Positions 1-9,805 of a DNA stretch of 64,000 nucleotides are shown piece by piece; position 1 is the stretch's first letter, and the number at the start of each line of letters is the position of its first letter. The stretch is taken from the IMG/VR virus record IMGVR_UViG_3300035180_001778, positions 124,001-188,000 of that record; one strand, written 5' to 3'. Both the position numbers and the translations under genes were made by a program. The notes beneath the pieces are model-generated. The model did not search any database, had not been told where the DNA came from, and worked only from the letters and a program-made list of their open reading frames with translations.

Positions 1-590
1 GCAAGGGCCGTCGGGGGCGTCGTGAAGATTTTGGAGGTCGCCAGAATGGGGTCTCCCTTCGCGCCCACAGGGAGGACCCTCACGTTCGACGGAGCTGCGT
101 AATGGGGGTTCAGGAACTCCTGTCCGAAGAGACGAAGAAGAACCTGGATCCGCGTCAACAACTGAACCGGCCCGTCCACGTCAACGAGGAGGACGACGTA
201 GCCTCCCGTCAAGAAGCCCGAGATGGGCTGAGGGCGGTTGGGGTCCTTGCTGTCGACGAGGGAAGACTTGAAGCGCTGGGCGAACCCGCGGTAGCCTCCG
301 ACCTGCCTCTTGAAGCTCGGGTCCTTCGAGGGGTCCGGGATGTCCAGGTAGAGGTAGAAGCCCGACCGTTGCAGCGTCTTGAAGAGCTTCGTGACGAGGT
401 CGATCAGGGCTTGAACAATGGCCTTGATGGGGTTCCCGAAGTCGATCAGGAAGACCTTGACTGTCTCCAGAATGGCCTTGAGGACGTCCAAGAGGGTGAC
501 GAGCGTCTCCAGCGCCGTACTGATTTTCTTCAGTAGGGGCTCGCCGGGCACCTGTAGCTTGTACGACTTCCAGTTGGCCTGAGCAGCCAT
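1..590 (-). CDS. Hypothetical virion/baseplate-region protein (partial, runs off window start)
   Basis: Read manually: ATG at 590, MAAQANWKSYKLQVPGEPLLKKISTALETLVTLLDVLKAILE..., open to position 1; continues the minus-strand structural operon. Confidence 0.75.
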   Translation of the reverse strand, partial: MAAQANWKSYKLQVPGEPLLKKISTALETLVTLLDVLKAILETVKVFLIDFGNPIKAIVQALIDLVTKLFKTLQRSGFYLYLDIPDPSKDPSFKRQVGGYRGFAQRFKSSLVDSKDPNRPQPISGFLTGGYVVLLVDVDGPVQLLTRIQVLLRLFGQEFLNPHYAAPSNVRVLPVGAKGDPILATSKIFTTPPTAL

Positions 591-591
591 A

Positions 592-768
592 TCAGCTCCC
601 GTACGTCAGGCGTCGAACCTTACGTTGCAGAGCAGACAGCTCCTTCTCGGAAGCCTCGATGGTCAACTTGATGACCTCTCGCATGTGCTTCTGGATCCCA
701 AGCTCCTGACGGTGCTCCCAGCCGGGAGCCGGGGCGGGAGTTTCTTCCGGTGCTTTTTCGTCAGACAT
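592..768 (-). CDS. Small hypothetical protein (58 aa)
   Basis: MSDEKAPEETPAPAPGWEHRQELGIQKHMREVIKLTIEASEKELSALQRKVRRLTYGS; ATG overlaps the TGA of the upstream gene (TGATG). Confidence 0.7.
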   Translation of the reverse strand: MSDEKAPEETPAPAPGWEHRQELGIQKHMREVIKLTIEASEKELSALQRKVRRLTYGS

Positions 769-3700
769 CAGCCGCCTCCTTGCGTTGCCAGGATCTTGTA
801 GAGCTGTTTCACAAGCTCTAGTTGCGTCTTTTGGCGATCGGACACGGCTCGGGCCTTCTTCGGGAGGTAGCCCTTCGTGAGGTTGAGACGAGCATCGAGC
901 CAGGCGTACCTCTTGTCGTAGAGCTTCTCGATGCTCTTGAGGATGTTCTGGATCGTGTTGATGGGGCCCGAGGGGTCCGTCAGCCCCGTGAGTCGAGCGT
1001 CGACCACAGCTCCCCGAGCGAGCACGTCGGAAGGTAGGATGCTGTTGGCGTACATGTTGTGGTCGACGACAGGACCAGGGACAACGACAGAAACCGTTGC
1101 CTGCACGAGCGCGTTGAAAGTGTCGAACCCCGCTGCATAGGCCACCGAGTTCTTGAGGATGGTGAAGAGATCCGAGAAGCTCTTCTTGATCGTCACCCCA
1201 AAAGGCCTCGTGACGCGGAAAGTGACCGCGGCATTGACAGCAAACGCCACATCGACGTTGAGGGTGGTGGTCGTCGGAGGGGGATTCACGACCTTGTAGA
1301 ACCCGTCGTTCCCATTGCCATCCGTCGGGATGTAGACGAGGTCTCCAGCTTGAACCCCGGCTGCAACGAAGTCCGTGGTCCCCGTCAACACCGTGCCCGC
1401 GGCCGTCCCAACCTGGGTTGCAGGGGAAAGGAGGTCGGTCAACACGTATTCGAAGAAGGCCTCGATCGCGACCTTCTCCGAATTGACGGGGGTGATTGCA
1501 GGGAGAGCCGGCGCCACATTGGTGAGAATGAGGGCCTTTGCTGCCGTCAAGGACGACGTGAGATGCGCGAGGTCACTGAAGGTGTTGAGGGCATCGTCGA
1601 TACGATACTGGAGGATGATCCCATCCGTTGTGAAGGGGTGGTCCACAGTCAAGTCATTTGCTGTGAAGGTGACGATCTGCCTTCGATCCCCGACAGAAAC
1701 TCCTGACGCGATCACGACAGTATACCCCGCTCGAACGCCACCTGTGGTGAAGTCTGCGGACGGATCCGTCATGACATTTCCCACGCTGCTCACCAGAATA
1801 CCCCCTGTGGTGGTCCGATTGCTCACCGTGATGGTGAACGGGAAGCCGGCATCCTGGGTGGTGAACGCCGTGTCCACCGTCACCGTGTTGGCTGTGACGG
1901 CTGTGATTCGTCGGTAGCTGGTCGCGCCATTGAGCCCACCCGTGATACGCACGAGGTCATACACCTGGGGGACAGGGCTCGGGAAGTTGACGGCCGCCGT
2001 GATGATGGTCTTGGCGACGTTCAAGCTCCCCGTCCCCACATAGGGCGGCGTGGTGAGGGGGTTCTGAAGGATCCCACCCGCAGAGGGACTCCCCGTCCCC
2101 ACATAGTCTTGCTCGAAGCCGATCAACCCCAGCTCGCTCTCGAACGAAGGACTCACGAGCGGGATCGACTCGTCGCCGTCATCGTCCAGAGCAATACCGT
2201 CCAGAGCCGGGAAGCGCAGAGGCTCCGTCAACGAGTTGCTCAGGGTGATCGCCGCCTGGATCCTCTCATTGGCGTTGGGGGGAGTCGAGGAGAACCCGAA
2301 AAGAGACATGTCGAAGGGATAGAGCAACGTCCCCTTCTCGAAGTTGACGAGGAACTCAATCCCAATCGTGTAAATCTTCCCCACAGGCGTATAGGGAGGA
2401 TTCGGATAGCCAGGCTCCAGGAGGGGTGCCGTGATCGTTGCTCCCGCCGGGATGTCAACCGTGGTCGGGAAACCAACGGTGATCGAATCGGGGCTCGACC
2501 CAATGCTCGTGATCACGATGAGCGGAGGGATCAGGCCGTTCGGCGGAATGTTGACGTGCAGAGGAGTCCCATCTTCTGCAATGATATCAACAGCTTGGCC
2601 GACAACGAACGCGGGCCTCAACAACGTGTCGGTCGCGTTCGGGTCTGTCGTGTAGAACGTCGAGGAGCCAGCTTGAGCCGGCTTGAGGATCCGGGCTCTC
2701 GGGCTCCTTCGCCGAATCTGTTGGATCCCCGTCAGGTTTCTGGCCCCCAAATCCAGGATCTCATCTTGGACCTGAGCGTTCGTGTCCTTCCCCGAGATCG
2801 TGATCCCGAAGGTGTACTTCACGGTGGGGTAGAAGCGACTGAGGGGCCCGGGGTTGAAGACGGGCACCCACGTCCCGGTGAAGGTGAACGGGATGAGCCC
2901 CCCAGACAGGTCGAGGGGAAACGGCGTGAGAAGAACCTGGTCGTCAATCTGGTTCGTCGAGGCCGAGAGAGTCTTGGGAGGCTGAGGCAACGGGCCCGGG
3001 GGAACTTGAGCCAACGGCGGCAATGGCACCAAAGGGTTGTCAAGCTTGCCGTCGAAGATGAAGCGCCCGTCAGCGCAGCCAATGACCCGACCATCAAGAT
3101 CCCGAAGGACGTCCTCCAGGTAGTTGGTCGCGTCGTTGTAGTGCTTGAGCATGACCTGAGCGACGAGGTCTTCGTTGGCGATGTGCCCCTCGGAGAAGAA
3201 GACAGACTCTCGCCCTTGGTCGTAGAGCTTCGACGCGGCCGTGTTCGAGAGGTTGGGACCTCCGGAAGGAGAGGCGGCCTTCGCATCATCTGAGATCGAT
3301 TTCGCCACTTCGATTCGGAAGTTCGTCCTCGTCTCAACCCGGTAGTAGAATGAGTCCGCCGAGTAGATCGAGTAATCCATCTGGAGGCTCTGGTTCACGA
3401 GCCCATTCACCACGTCATCCGGAGCGATGACGGTCGTGTAGGATGCCTGGAGCCGGAGCCCAGCCGGCACGAGACGGTATCCCGTGTAGAGCAGGGTGAT
3501 CTCTTCCCGAGGCTGCAACGGAGGGGAGAAGGTGATCTGCCCCGATTCGTTGAGGGTGTAGTCCACCAATTGCGTGAGAAGGTGCCCCACTTGCCCTTCA
3601 ATGCGACGGTAGACCGAGTAGGGCTGCGTCAACACAGGGGACCGACCCGTCAGGGCCTTCTTTGCAGAAGCCTCCAGGATGGGCCTTGCAGAGACCTTGA

Positions 3701-6700
3701 GGGCATGAATCCCCGGCGTGTACTGGCGGAGGACGTTCGAGGAGAGCGTAATCTCCGTCTTCCCGAACTCGTTCAGAAGTGCCCCCGTCACCTGGTAGAA
3801 GTCGAGGAAGCTGTTCAGGCCATCCGTGAAGAACAGGACCGATCCCGTTCGATAGGATCCTGCACGATCCCCAGGGATGTAGACCTTGTTCATCCCCCGC
3901 GCGATCGGCTCGTAGGGAGTCAGCTCCGTAACGAAATACGAGCTGAAGAGGACCGCGGGTTGGACACGGATAGGGCCAGAGGAGACGTAGAGCTTGGGCC
4001 CCGTCAACGTCTCTTGGAAGTCCGAGCCCGTCGACAGGGTGACCGTCGTGAGGTTGGTCGGAGCATCGTAGGTGGAACTCTCAAGGAGGAAGACCCGCTC
4101 GGTCTCGACACGAAGGAGATAGCCCGCAGGGAAGACCGTCGTCTGATCGCCGATGACATCGAAGGAGGTGGCCCCATCTTCCAACGACACCTGAACCACG
4201 AACATCGGCGGCTGGAGGACCGTGACAGACTTCTCGCCTCCAATGGCCTCGTAGACGTAATAGTCGACGTAGACCCGCTCGTCGGGCTCCAACACAGAGC
4301 CATGCGGAAGAGCTTCGGTCACCTGGTCATCTGCCAAGAAGGTGACCGAAGAAGCCGCTTCATCGACAAGGACCTGTGTCCCGATCTTCTGAGGGCGACC
4401 ACCTCGATAGACGCCAGGCACAGGATTCGAGGCAACAGAGCGCCCGAGAGGGTTGAAGAAGACGGTCGACACCGGGGTAGGGTGGTCCTGTGCGATCTCC
4501 TTCCGAACGAGGAACGTCGCCCTCTCCATGATCGAAGAAGGGGCAGGGCCATCTCCAGTGAGTGGCACGTACGTGATGAGGGCCTCTTCGAGAGCCAGGA
4601 AGCGATCCGTGAACTCGACGAGCCCGAAGCCCGATTGGATCTTGTAGTCTCGCCCTTGGGTCAAGAGATTGACCCAGTAGACATCTTGACCGGCGGTGAT
4701 GTCCACATCGCTGAAGTTCAGGTTGCCTGTCTCCTGGGAGACTTCCACCTGTCCTTGAGGGATCAACGACGGGCTCGTGAAGTTGCTGTCCTTCGGCACC
4801 AAGACAACCGAGGTCGAGAACGTGTTGGCGCCGAATCGGAAACGAGCGTTCTGAACAGCCGCGAGCGGAATGTGCAGCCGTCGCCCAATACCGTAGGAAG
4901 CTGCCGTGACCGAGATGAAGTCCACCTCAACCGTGAGCTGGAACTGGGAAACAGCTCGAATGATGCGTCTGCTCCCCATGTCAGGACCAGAGCCCAAAGT
5001 GATGGTATCCCCGGGCTGGATCCCGAAGACAAGGAAGTCTTCGGTCAGATCCTCAAGAGTCCCGAGGTCATGGAAACTGGCCGGCGACACCCCAGGGAGG
5101 TTGAAGGAGAGGAGGTTCTGGATCGGCCCGAGAGACCGCACCCGCTCGACCTTGGTGTTGGGGTCGATGAGCACCGCCTCTTTGAAGAACCGATCGGCGA
5201 GAATCTCCTGGCTCCTGTGGATCTCGTAGCTCAGACCCGAACCAGTACCAGGAAGGTCCGTCGTGAAGGAGGTCCCCGAGATCAAAGCGGCGACCGTGTA
5301 GACGGTGTTGGCACCCGAGAGAATCGAGAGGGTGTCTCCCACATGGACAGCAGAGAAGTCTCCCGCAGAGTCCGTGAACGTGGTTCCCGTGAACGACGCT
5401 GTTGAGCCCGACGTGATGCTTGTCCCCTGTGTGGTGGTGAAGTTGACGACCCCGCTGGTTGCTTCGAGGATGGCATCAAGGCCGAGATTCAAAGGGGTAT
5501 AGATGCCCGTCCCCACACCCGTCTCCAGGGAGACCTGGAAGTTCGTCGTCAAGACGAGGGGGTCAGGAAGAGCAATAGCCCCAGCAAGCTGAGGAATGGG
5601 GATGAGAACGTTGTTCTTCCGCTGCGCGTACTGGAAGATCCGCTTCGGGAGATCGAGGATGTACCCGTATGTCGGCCCCGGGCCTGTGGGGAGAGGGAGA
5701 ACATCGAGGCGCGGAAGTACCCCCGGGGGAAAGAGACCCGTTCCCTGCTCCACATGCACAGTGATGGGGTAGGCAGGGTCATCAATGGGGATCGCCGGGA
5801 GGAATACCTGGGGGGATCCAATGATAGGATCGGCCAGTGTGGCATTCGCCGTCGTGTAGACGTTGGTGATGTCCTTGATCGTCGGGTCGGCACCGTTGAG
5901 ATTCACAGGCGTCCGGAAGAAGCGCATCGAGACTCCGCGCTCGATGAGGAGGTCCCCGAAGATCACCTCGACGGACTGCCCTGCGTACAGAATCTTGTCG
6001 ATGAAAGAGAACTCGACAAGACCCATGTTGCCGACGGGTTGAACCTGGACAACACCAAACTTCCCATTTGGGTTGAACTGAGAGACGCGCTCCTGTTGCG
6101 GAAACTGGACGACGCCAGGAACGCGGAAGATGATGTCACCCCCATCAACGGGGAGCCCAACGATGGGGGACGGGACCGTGACGGTCCCGATGGTCTGACG
6201 GGGCAACTGTAGCCCCGTCTTCATCAGCACCCCGTCGTAGTAAATCGAGTTGAGCGGTAGAGTCGAGTGGAACTTGAGGCGGCCCGTCGTCAGAGCCCAC
6301 TCGACATGCCCCGCCGGAGGGTTGCTCGAAAAGGACCCCTCGTTCGGGACTTCGTCGGCAATGAGATGCAGGCTGAACCCTACTCGAATGAGGGGCACTT
6401 GTCCCGTTGCCGGGAGAGGGTTCAGCAACAGGACATCGGAGGACAGCCCGAGAAGCCCACTCGATTCAGCAAACCCGTAGAACCCCTGGCGCTGGAAGCG
6501 AACATGCTGCCCAACGTAGGTCACAAGATCGGCGGGATTCCAGTTGAGCTGCCCCGTCGTCTTGAGGATCTCGACGGTCCCCACAGAAGGAGACCCGAAC
6601 GCCGACACCAACGAGGTTGCGAGCTGAGTCCCCGAACCCGTCCCCACCGATAGTCGGTAGGGTGCGGCAGCCGCGGGGGAAGCAACCACAATCGGCGGGG

Positions 6701-7043
6701 GGACTTTGAGCCGGGTAGCGAGGGTGTTGATCGTCGAATCAACAAGACCAACATCGATCAAAGCACCCCCCGGTAGGGGTTTGAAAGCCTGATCTCGACC
6801 ATCGTAATCGAATCGACGGAGGACCTCGTTCTTGGTCCACCCGAAGGTGCCGTCTGCAAGAGGACCATCCCCAAGCACGAGAACCAGGTACTCCGCTCGG
6901 GGAGAAGGCTCCGACCCCAAAGGGTAGATCGTAGCGAACGCCACATCATCCGAAACGAAGTTGTTCGGAGACGACGTGAAAGACGAGTTCGCCTGTCCAA
7001 CACGCGGGGGTTCGAGAACGTATCCTTTGAATGAAAAGCCCAT
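768..7043 (-). CDS. Very large virion structural protein (baseplate wedge/tail fibre-like, 2091 aa)
   Basis: Long ORF rich in G/T/V/S beta-type segments with repeated 'D...F...GV..GD.V.I..G' modules; downstream of the spike and hub genes. Confidence 0.65.
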   Translation of the reverse strand: MGFSFKGYVLEPPRVGQANSSFTSSPNNFVSDDVAFATIYPLGSEPSPRAEYLVLVLGDGPLADGTFGWTKNEVLRRFDYDGRDQAFKPLPGGALIDVGLVDSTINTLATRLKVPPPIVVASPAAAAPYRLSVGTGSGTQLATSLVSAFGSPSVGTVEILKTTGQLNWNPADLVTYVGQHVRFQRQGFYGFAESSGLLGLSSDVLLLNPLPATGQVPLIRVGFSLHLIADEVPNEGSFSSNPPAGHVEWALTTGRLKFHSTLPLNSIYYDGVLMKTGLQLPRQTIGTVTVPSPIVGLPVDGGDIIFRVPGVVQFPQQERVSQFNPNGKFGVVQVQPVGNMGLVEFSFIDKILYAGQSVEVIFGDLLIERGVSMRFFRTPVNLNGADPTIKDITNVYTTANATLADPIIGSPQVFLPAIPIDDPAYPITVHVEQGTGLFPPGVLPRLDVLPLPTGPGPTYGYILDLPKRIFQYAQRKNNVLIPIPQLAGAIALPDPLVLTTNFQVSLETGVGTGIYTPLNLGLDAILEATSGVVNFTTTQGTSITSGSTASFTGTTFTDSAGDFSAVHVGDTLSILSGANTVYTVAALISGTSFTTDLPGTGSGLSYEIHRSQEILADRFFKEAVLIDPNTKVERVRSLGPIQNLLSFNLPGVSPASFHDLGTLEDLTEDFLVFGIQPGDTITLGSGPDMGSRRIIRAVSQFQLTVEVDFISVTAASYGIGRRLHIPLAAVQNARFRFGANTFSTSVVLVPKDSNFTSPSLIPQGQVEVSQETGNLNFSDVDITAGQDVYWVNLLTQGRDYKIQSGFGLVEFTDRFLALEEALITYVPLTGDGPAPSSIMERATFLVRKEIAQDHPTPVSTVFFNPLGRSVASNPVPGVYRGGRPQKIGTQVLVDEAASSVTFLADDQVTEALPHGSVLEPDERVYVDYYVYEAIGGEKSVTVLQPPMFVVQVSLEDGATSFDVIGDQTTVFPAGYLLRVETERVFLLESSTYDAPTNLTTVTLSTGSDFQETLTGPKLYVSSGPIRVQPAVLFSSYFVTELTPYEPIARGMNKVYIPGDRAGSYRTGSVLFFTDGLNSFLDFYQVTGALLNEFGKTEITLSSNVLRQYTPGIHALKVSARPILEASAKKALTGRSPVLTQPYSVYRRIEGQVGHLLTQLVDYTLNESGQITFSPPLQPREEITLLYTGYRLVPAGLRLQASYTTVIAPDDVVNGLVNQSLQMDYSIYSADSFYYRVETRTNFRIEVAKSISDDAKAASPSGGPNLSNTAASKLYDQGRESVFFSEGHIANEDLVAQVMLKHYNDATNYLEDVLRDLDGRVIGCADGRFIFDGKLDNPLVPLPPLAQVPPGPLPQPPKTLSASTNQIDDQVLLTPFPLDLSGGLIPFTFTGTWVPVFNPGPLSRFYPTVKYTFGITISGKDTNAQVQDEILDLGARNLTGIQQIRRRSPRARILKPAQAGSSTFYTTDPNATDTLLRPAFVVGQAVDIIAEDGTPLHVNIPPNGLIPPLIVITSIGSSPDSITVGFPTTVDIPAGATITAPLLEPGYPNPPYTPVGKIYTIGIEFLVNFEKGTLLYPFDMSLFGFSSTPPNANERIQAAITLSNSLTEPLRFPALDGIALDDDGDESIPLVSPSFESELGLIGFEQDYVGTGSPSAGGILQNPLTTPPYVGTGSLNVAKTIITAAVNFPSPVPQVYDLVRITGGLNGATSYRRITAVTANTVTVDTAFTTQDAGFPFTITVSNRTTTGGILVSSVGNVMTDPSADFTTGGVRAGYTVVIASGVSVGDRRQIVTFTANDLTVDHPFTTDGIILQYRIDDALNTFSDLAHLTSSLTAAKALILTNVAPALPAITPVNSEKVAIEAFFEYVLTDLLSPATQVGTAAGTVLTGTTDFVAAGVQAGDLVYIPTDGNGNDGFYKVVNPPPTTTTLNVDVAFAVNAAVTFRVTRPFGVTIKKSFSDLFTILKNSVAYAAGFDTFNALVQATVSVVVPGPVVDHNMYANSILPSDVLARGAVVDARLTGLTDPSGPINTIQNILKSIEKLYDKRYAWLDARLNLTKGYLPKKARAVSDRQKTQLELVKQLYKILATQGGG

Positions 7044-7049
7044 TTGTAC

Positions 7050-7619
7050 CTAGATGATCTTGCCAATCCCAGAACCAGACCCCGCCGTCGGAGCTGAGGG
7101 ACCTACAATCGGGATTGCAACAGAGAAGACATTGAATGAAATCAGGATCGCGTCGGAGATGGCCTTTGCCTTCTTCACCGCCGTGTCCCCCTTCATACCT
7201 GAAGATTTGAAGGCTGAAACCAGAAAAGGGAACGCCGGAGGCGCAATGAGGCGAACCACACCCGTCCCGGACCCTACACCAGAATGGGTCGTCTTCAGAA
7301 TCCCGAGCGAAAGAGCCCCCGACACACCCTTGGCCAGAGCCATGGCTTCAAGGGGGGCCATCGGTCCGAGCATCTGGTTCACGGCGAAGCTGGCCAACAT
7401 CCCGGCCATCATCGGCCCCAAAGGAACGATGAAGGGCATGAACCCGGAACCTACCCCCGCCGACCCTGAATCCGTGGTGATGACCACCACGGTGGGCAAC
7501 CAGTTGATGAGTCCCGTGCCGACCCCGTTGGCCAACAAGGGGATCGCCGGCCCAGCGATCCCCCCCGAGATGAGATTTGCCGTCACCAAGCCAACCACCA
7601 CAGGCATCGGCAGAGGCAT
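7050..7619 (-). CDS. Gly-rich baseplate/spike-associated protein
   Basis: Start overlaps the spike gene stop; two internal GxGxG repeats. Confidence 0.55.
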   Translation of the reverse strand: MPLPMPVVVGLVTANLISGGIAGPAIPLLANGVGTGLINWLPTVVVITTDSGSAGVGSGFMPFIVPLGPMMAGMLASFAVNQMLGPMAPLEAMALAKGVSGALSLGILKTTHSGVGSGTGVVRLIAPPAFPFLVSAFKSSGMKGDTAVKKAKAISDAILISFNVFSVAIPIVGPSAPTAGSGSGIGKII

Positions 7620-9802
7620 CAGATAGACCTGACCATGGCGCTACCCTGAAGAGGGATTCCTGTAATCCAGTCGAGGGACGGAACCCCAGGCGGCATCATC
7701 GGAAGCCCTCGGGAGACCCCCAAGACCGCGGGCGGACCCCCAAGGAGAATCTGAGGCGCGATCAGAGAGATGATGGTGGCAGTCAGGTTGATGGCCAGCC
7801 CGGCAGTGATAGCGATGGCTCCAGCTCCCGCGGTGAGGGCGATGGCCCCAGCTCCCGTCGACAAGGTGACCGCCCCGCTCGCCGTGGTGATGGCCACAGC
7901 ACCCGTTCCCACGGTGATGCTGAAAGCTCCCGCGGGGTTGTTGAAGAGGGTAGCCCCAGCCAGGGTGTTGTAGGTGACGGCACCCGCAGCCACGTTCTGA
8001 ATCATGGCTCCCGCCAAGATGGTCTTGACATACCCCCCAAGGACAACGGTCTCCAGCACCGCGAGGGCGTAGTTGTACTGCGTCTTCCCCGAGACGAGGA
8101 CGTTGTAGCCCCCGCAGTTCAAGGTTGCCCCGTTGATGCCGTTGATGTTGACCTGGTCGGCCTGAATAGCCCAAGCCCCGTTCGAGGTCGCGTTGATCGA
8201 CCCCTTCGTGCTCAGGATGTAGTCCCCCGAGCAGACGATCGAGGCGTTGCCTTGAATGTCTTGCTGGGTGGCGAGGTTGTCCTCGTTCTGAGACCCCAAG
8301 AACGTCTGGTTCACGCCACAGTGGTAGGTGACGTCGATCGCGTTCCCCGAGTCGCTGTTGTGCCCAAGGTCTGCCTTGATGCCCCCTTGAGCGGAGAGGT
8401 AGAACGAGACGTTGTCGGGAGCCGAGGAGCCCAAGAACATCTTGAGGGCCCCACCCATGTTGACCTCCGCCGAGATGTTCTTCTCTCGGGGGTAGCGGTC
8501 GACGCGGCTCCCTGGGATGTTGAGCAGCACCTTCCCCTGCTTCTGGATCGCAAGGGCAAAGGGGTCGTTCTCGGTATCCGAGATCGGCGGTTGGATCTTG
8601 AATAGGTAGGCTCCCGCGGTCGTCAGCGACTCGACATCCGGCTCCAAAGGAGAACGCGGGATAGCCTCCATGGCAAACGTCCCGGGCCCGGTCTGCCCGA
8701 AGTCATCGAAGAGCTTGGGACGAAGGATCCTCGCGTACTGACGCATCCCCATCCCGTCGGAGGGGTCGTTGCCCACCGTCGTCCCCAAGACCTGCTCGAT
8801 GTAGATCCGACGAGGATTCATCGCGAACCCGTCGATCTCCCCGAGAACGTCTTGGGTGAGGTCCGACGTGTGAGCCATCTCGACGCGGTACTCCGTGAAG
8901 GCTTCGGGAGCACCTTCTTCAGGGTCCTCGACGCTCGTCGCAGGGACGGTGGCCGCGTAGTGGACCTGGCGGCCGTTCGTGTACATGACCGGAGGGAACT
9001 CGGCCGTGTTGTTGAAGACGTCGAGGACCTGCCCGCTGGCGTTGGAGTACTTCGTCGGGAAGCCAGCCGTCCCGGGCCCCGCAGCTTGCAGCTCATCCCG
9101 CCCAAAGTAGCGATCCGTCTCGCTCTTGAGGATGTTGCCCCCCGATTGGAAGATGTCCGGAGGCAAGAAGAAGGCGCCCCTTCGAATGGGACCCGAGAGC
9201 CTCTTGACCCCCGCTTCGCTCTCAACCCTGTGGATCGACTGAGCCACGATAGAACGCTCTGCATCCCGCAGCTCAAAGAGGTCCCCCGCCCGGTTGGACA
9301 TCCGGATGTCCCGAGAGAGAACCAGCTCCGCGCCCTCAGAACTCATGCCTCCCACATCGCCGGGGCTCATCTTCAGCCGCTTGTGCCGGATGGTGTTCCC
9401 GATGACTTTCTTGTAGAGAGCCGCATACTCCGGAGCGATGTTGCTGGGGTCTTCGGGGGCGAACGGGTCGAACCTCATCCCGCTACGATTCCCCACCGGG
9501 ATGTAGCCGAGGATCATCGCTTCGGTGAGCTGCTTGTGCTTCTGACGGTAGCCAATGACCACCAGGGAGTTCAGCTCGGGTATGCCTCCCCAGAAGCTCC
9601 GCGGGCCCGCCATGGCCTGGGTAAGGTCCACCTCGAAGCGGTCTCCTCCCCCCGTGAGGATCTTCACGTCGGCCTTCATGTTCAACTCGTCGACACGAGT
9701 GATGATGCCCACCTTGAGGCCGAGAGGGTTCGCCTTGTCCGCGAACCCCATACCAGGGGTCGAGCCGATAGGCCGCTTGGGGTTGTAGTCGCCGTTTCCC
9801 AT
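7619..9802 (-). CDS. Baseplate central spike (gp5/gpV/VgrG-like)
   Basis: N-terminal OB-fold-like motif (VGIITRVD...GGIPELNSLVVIGY) and C-terminal ~9-aa beta-helix repeats (AGAIALTAGAGAIAIT). Confidence 0.75.
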   Translation of the reverse strand: MGNGDYNPKRPIGSTPGMGFADKANPLGLKVGIITRVDELNMKADVKILTGGGDRFEVDLTQAMAGPRSFWGGIPELNSLVVIGYRQKHKQLTEAMILGYIPVGNRSGMRFDPFAPEDPSNIAPEYAALYKKVIGNTIRHKRLKMSPGDVGGMSSEGAELVLSRDIRMSNRAGDLFELRDAERSIVAQSIHRVESEAGVKRLSGPIRRGAFFLPPDIFQSGGNILKSETDRYFGRDELQAAGPGTAGFPTKYSNASGQVLDVFNNTAEFPPVMYTNGRQVHYAATVPATSVEDPEEGAPEAFTEYRVEMAHTSDLTQDVLGEIDGFAMNPRRIYIEQVLGTTVGNDPSDGMGMRQYARILRPKLFDDFGQTGPGTFAMEAIPRSPLEPDVESLTTAGAYLFKIQPPISDTENDPFALAIQKQGKVLLNIPGSRVDRYPREKNISAEVNMGGALKMFLGSSAPDNVSFYLSAQGGIKADLGHNSDSGNAIDVTYHCGVNQTFLGSQNEDNLATQQDIQGNASIVCSGDYILSTKGSINATSNGAWAIQADQVNINGINGATLNCGGYNVLVSGKTQYNYALAVLETVVLGGYVKTILAGAMIQNVAAGAVTYNTLAGATLFNNPAGAFSITVGTGAVAITTASGAVTLSTGAGAIALTAGAGAIAITAGLAINLTATIISLIAPQILLGGPPAVLGVSRGLPMMPPGVPSLDWITGIPLQGSAMVRSI

Positions 9803-9805
9803 GGA

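Noticed and set aside
7750-8000. 27-bp periodicity resembling a repeat array
   Set aside because: Encodes the beta-helix repeats of the spike; not CRISPR
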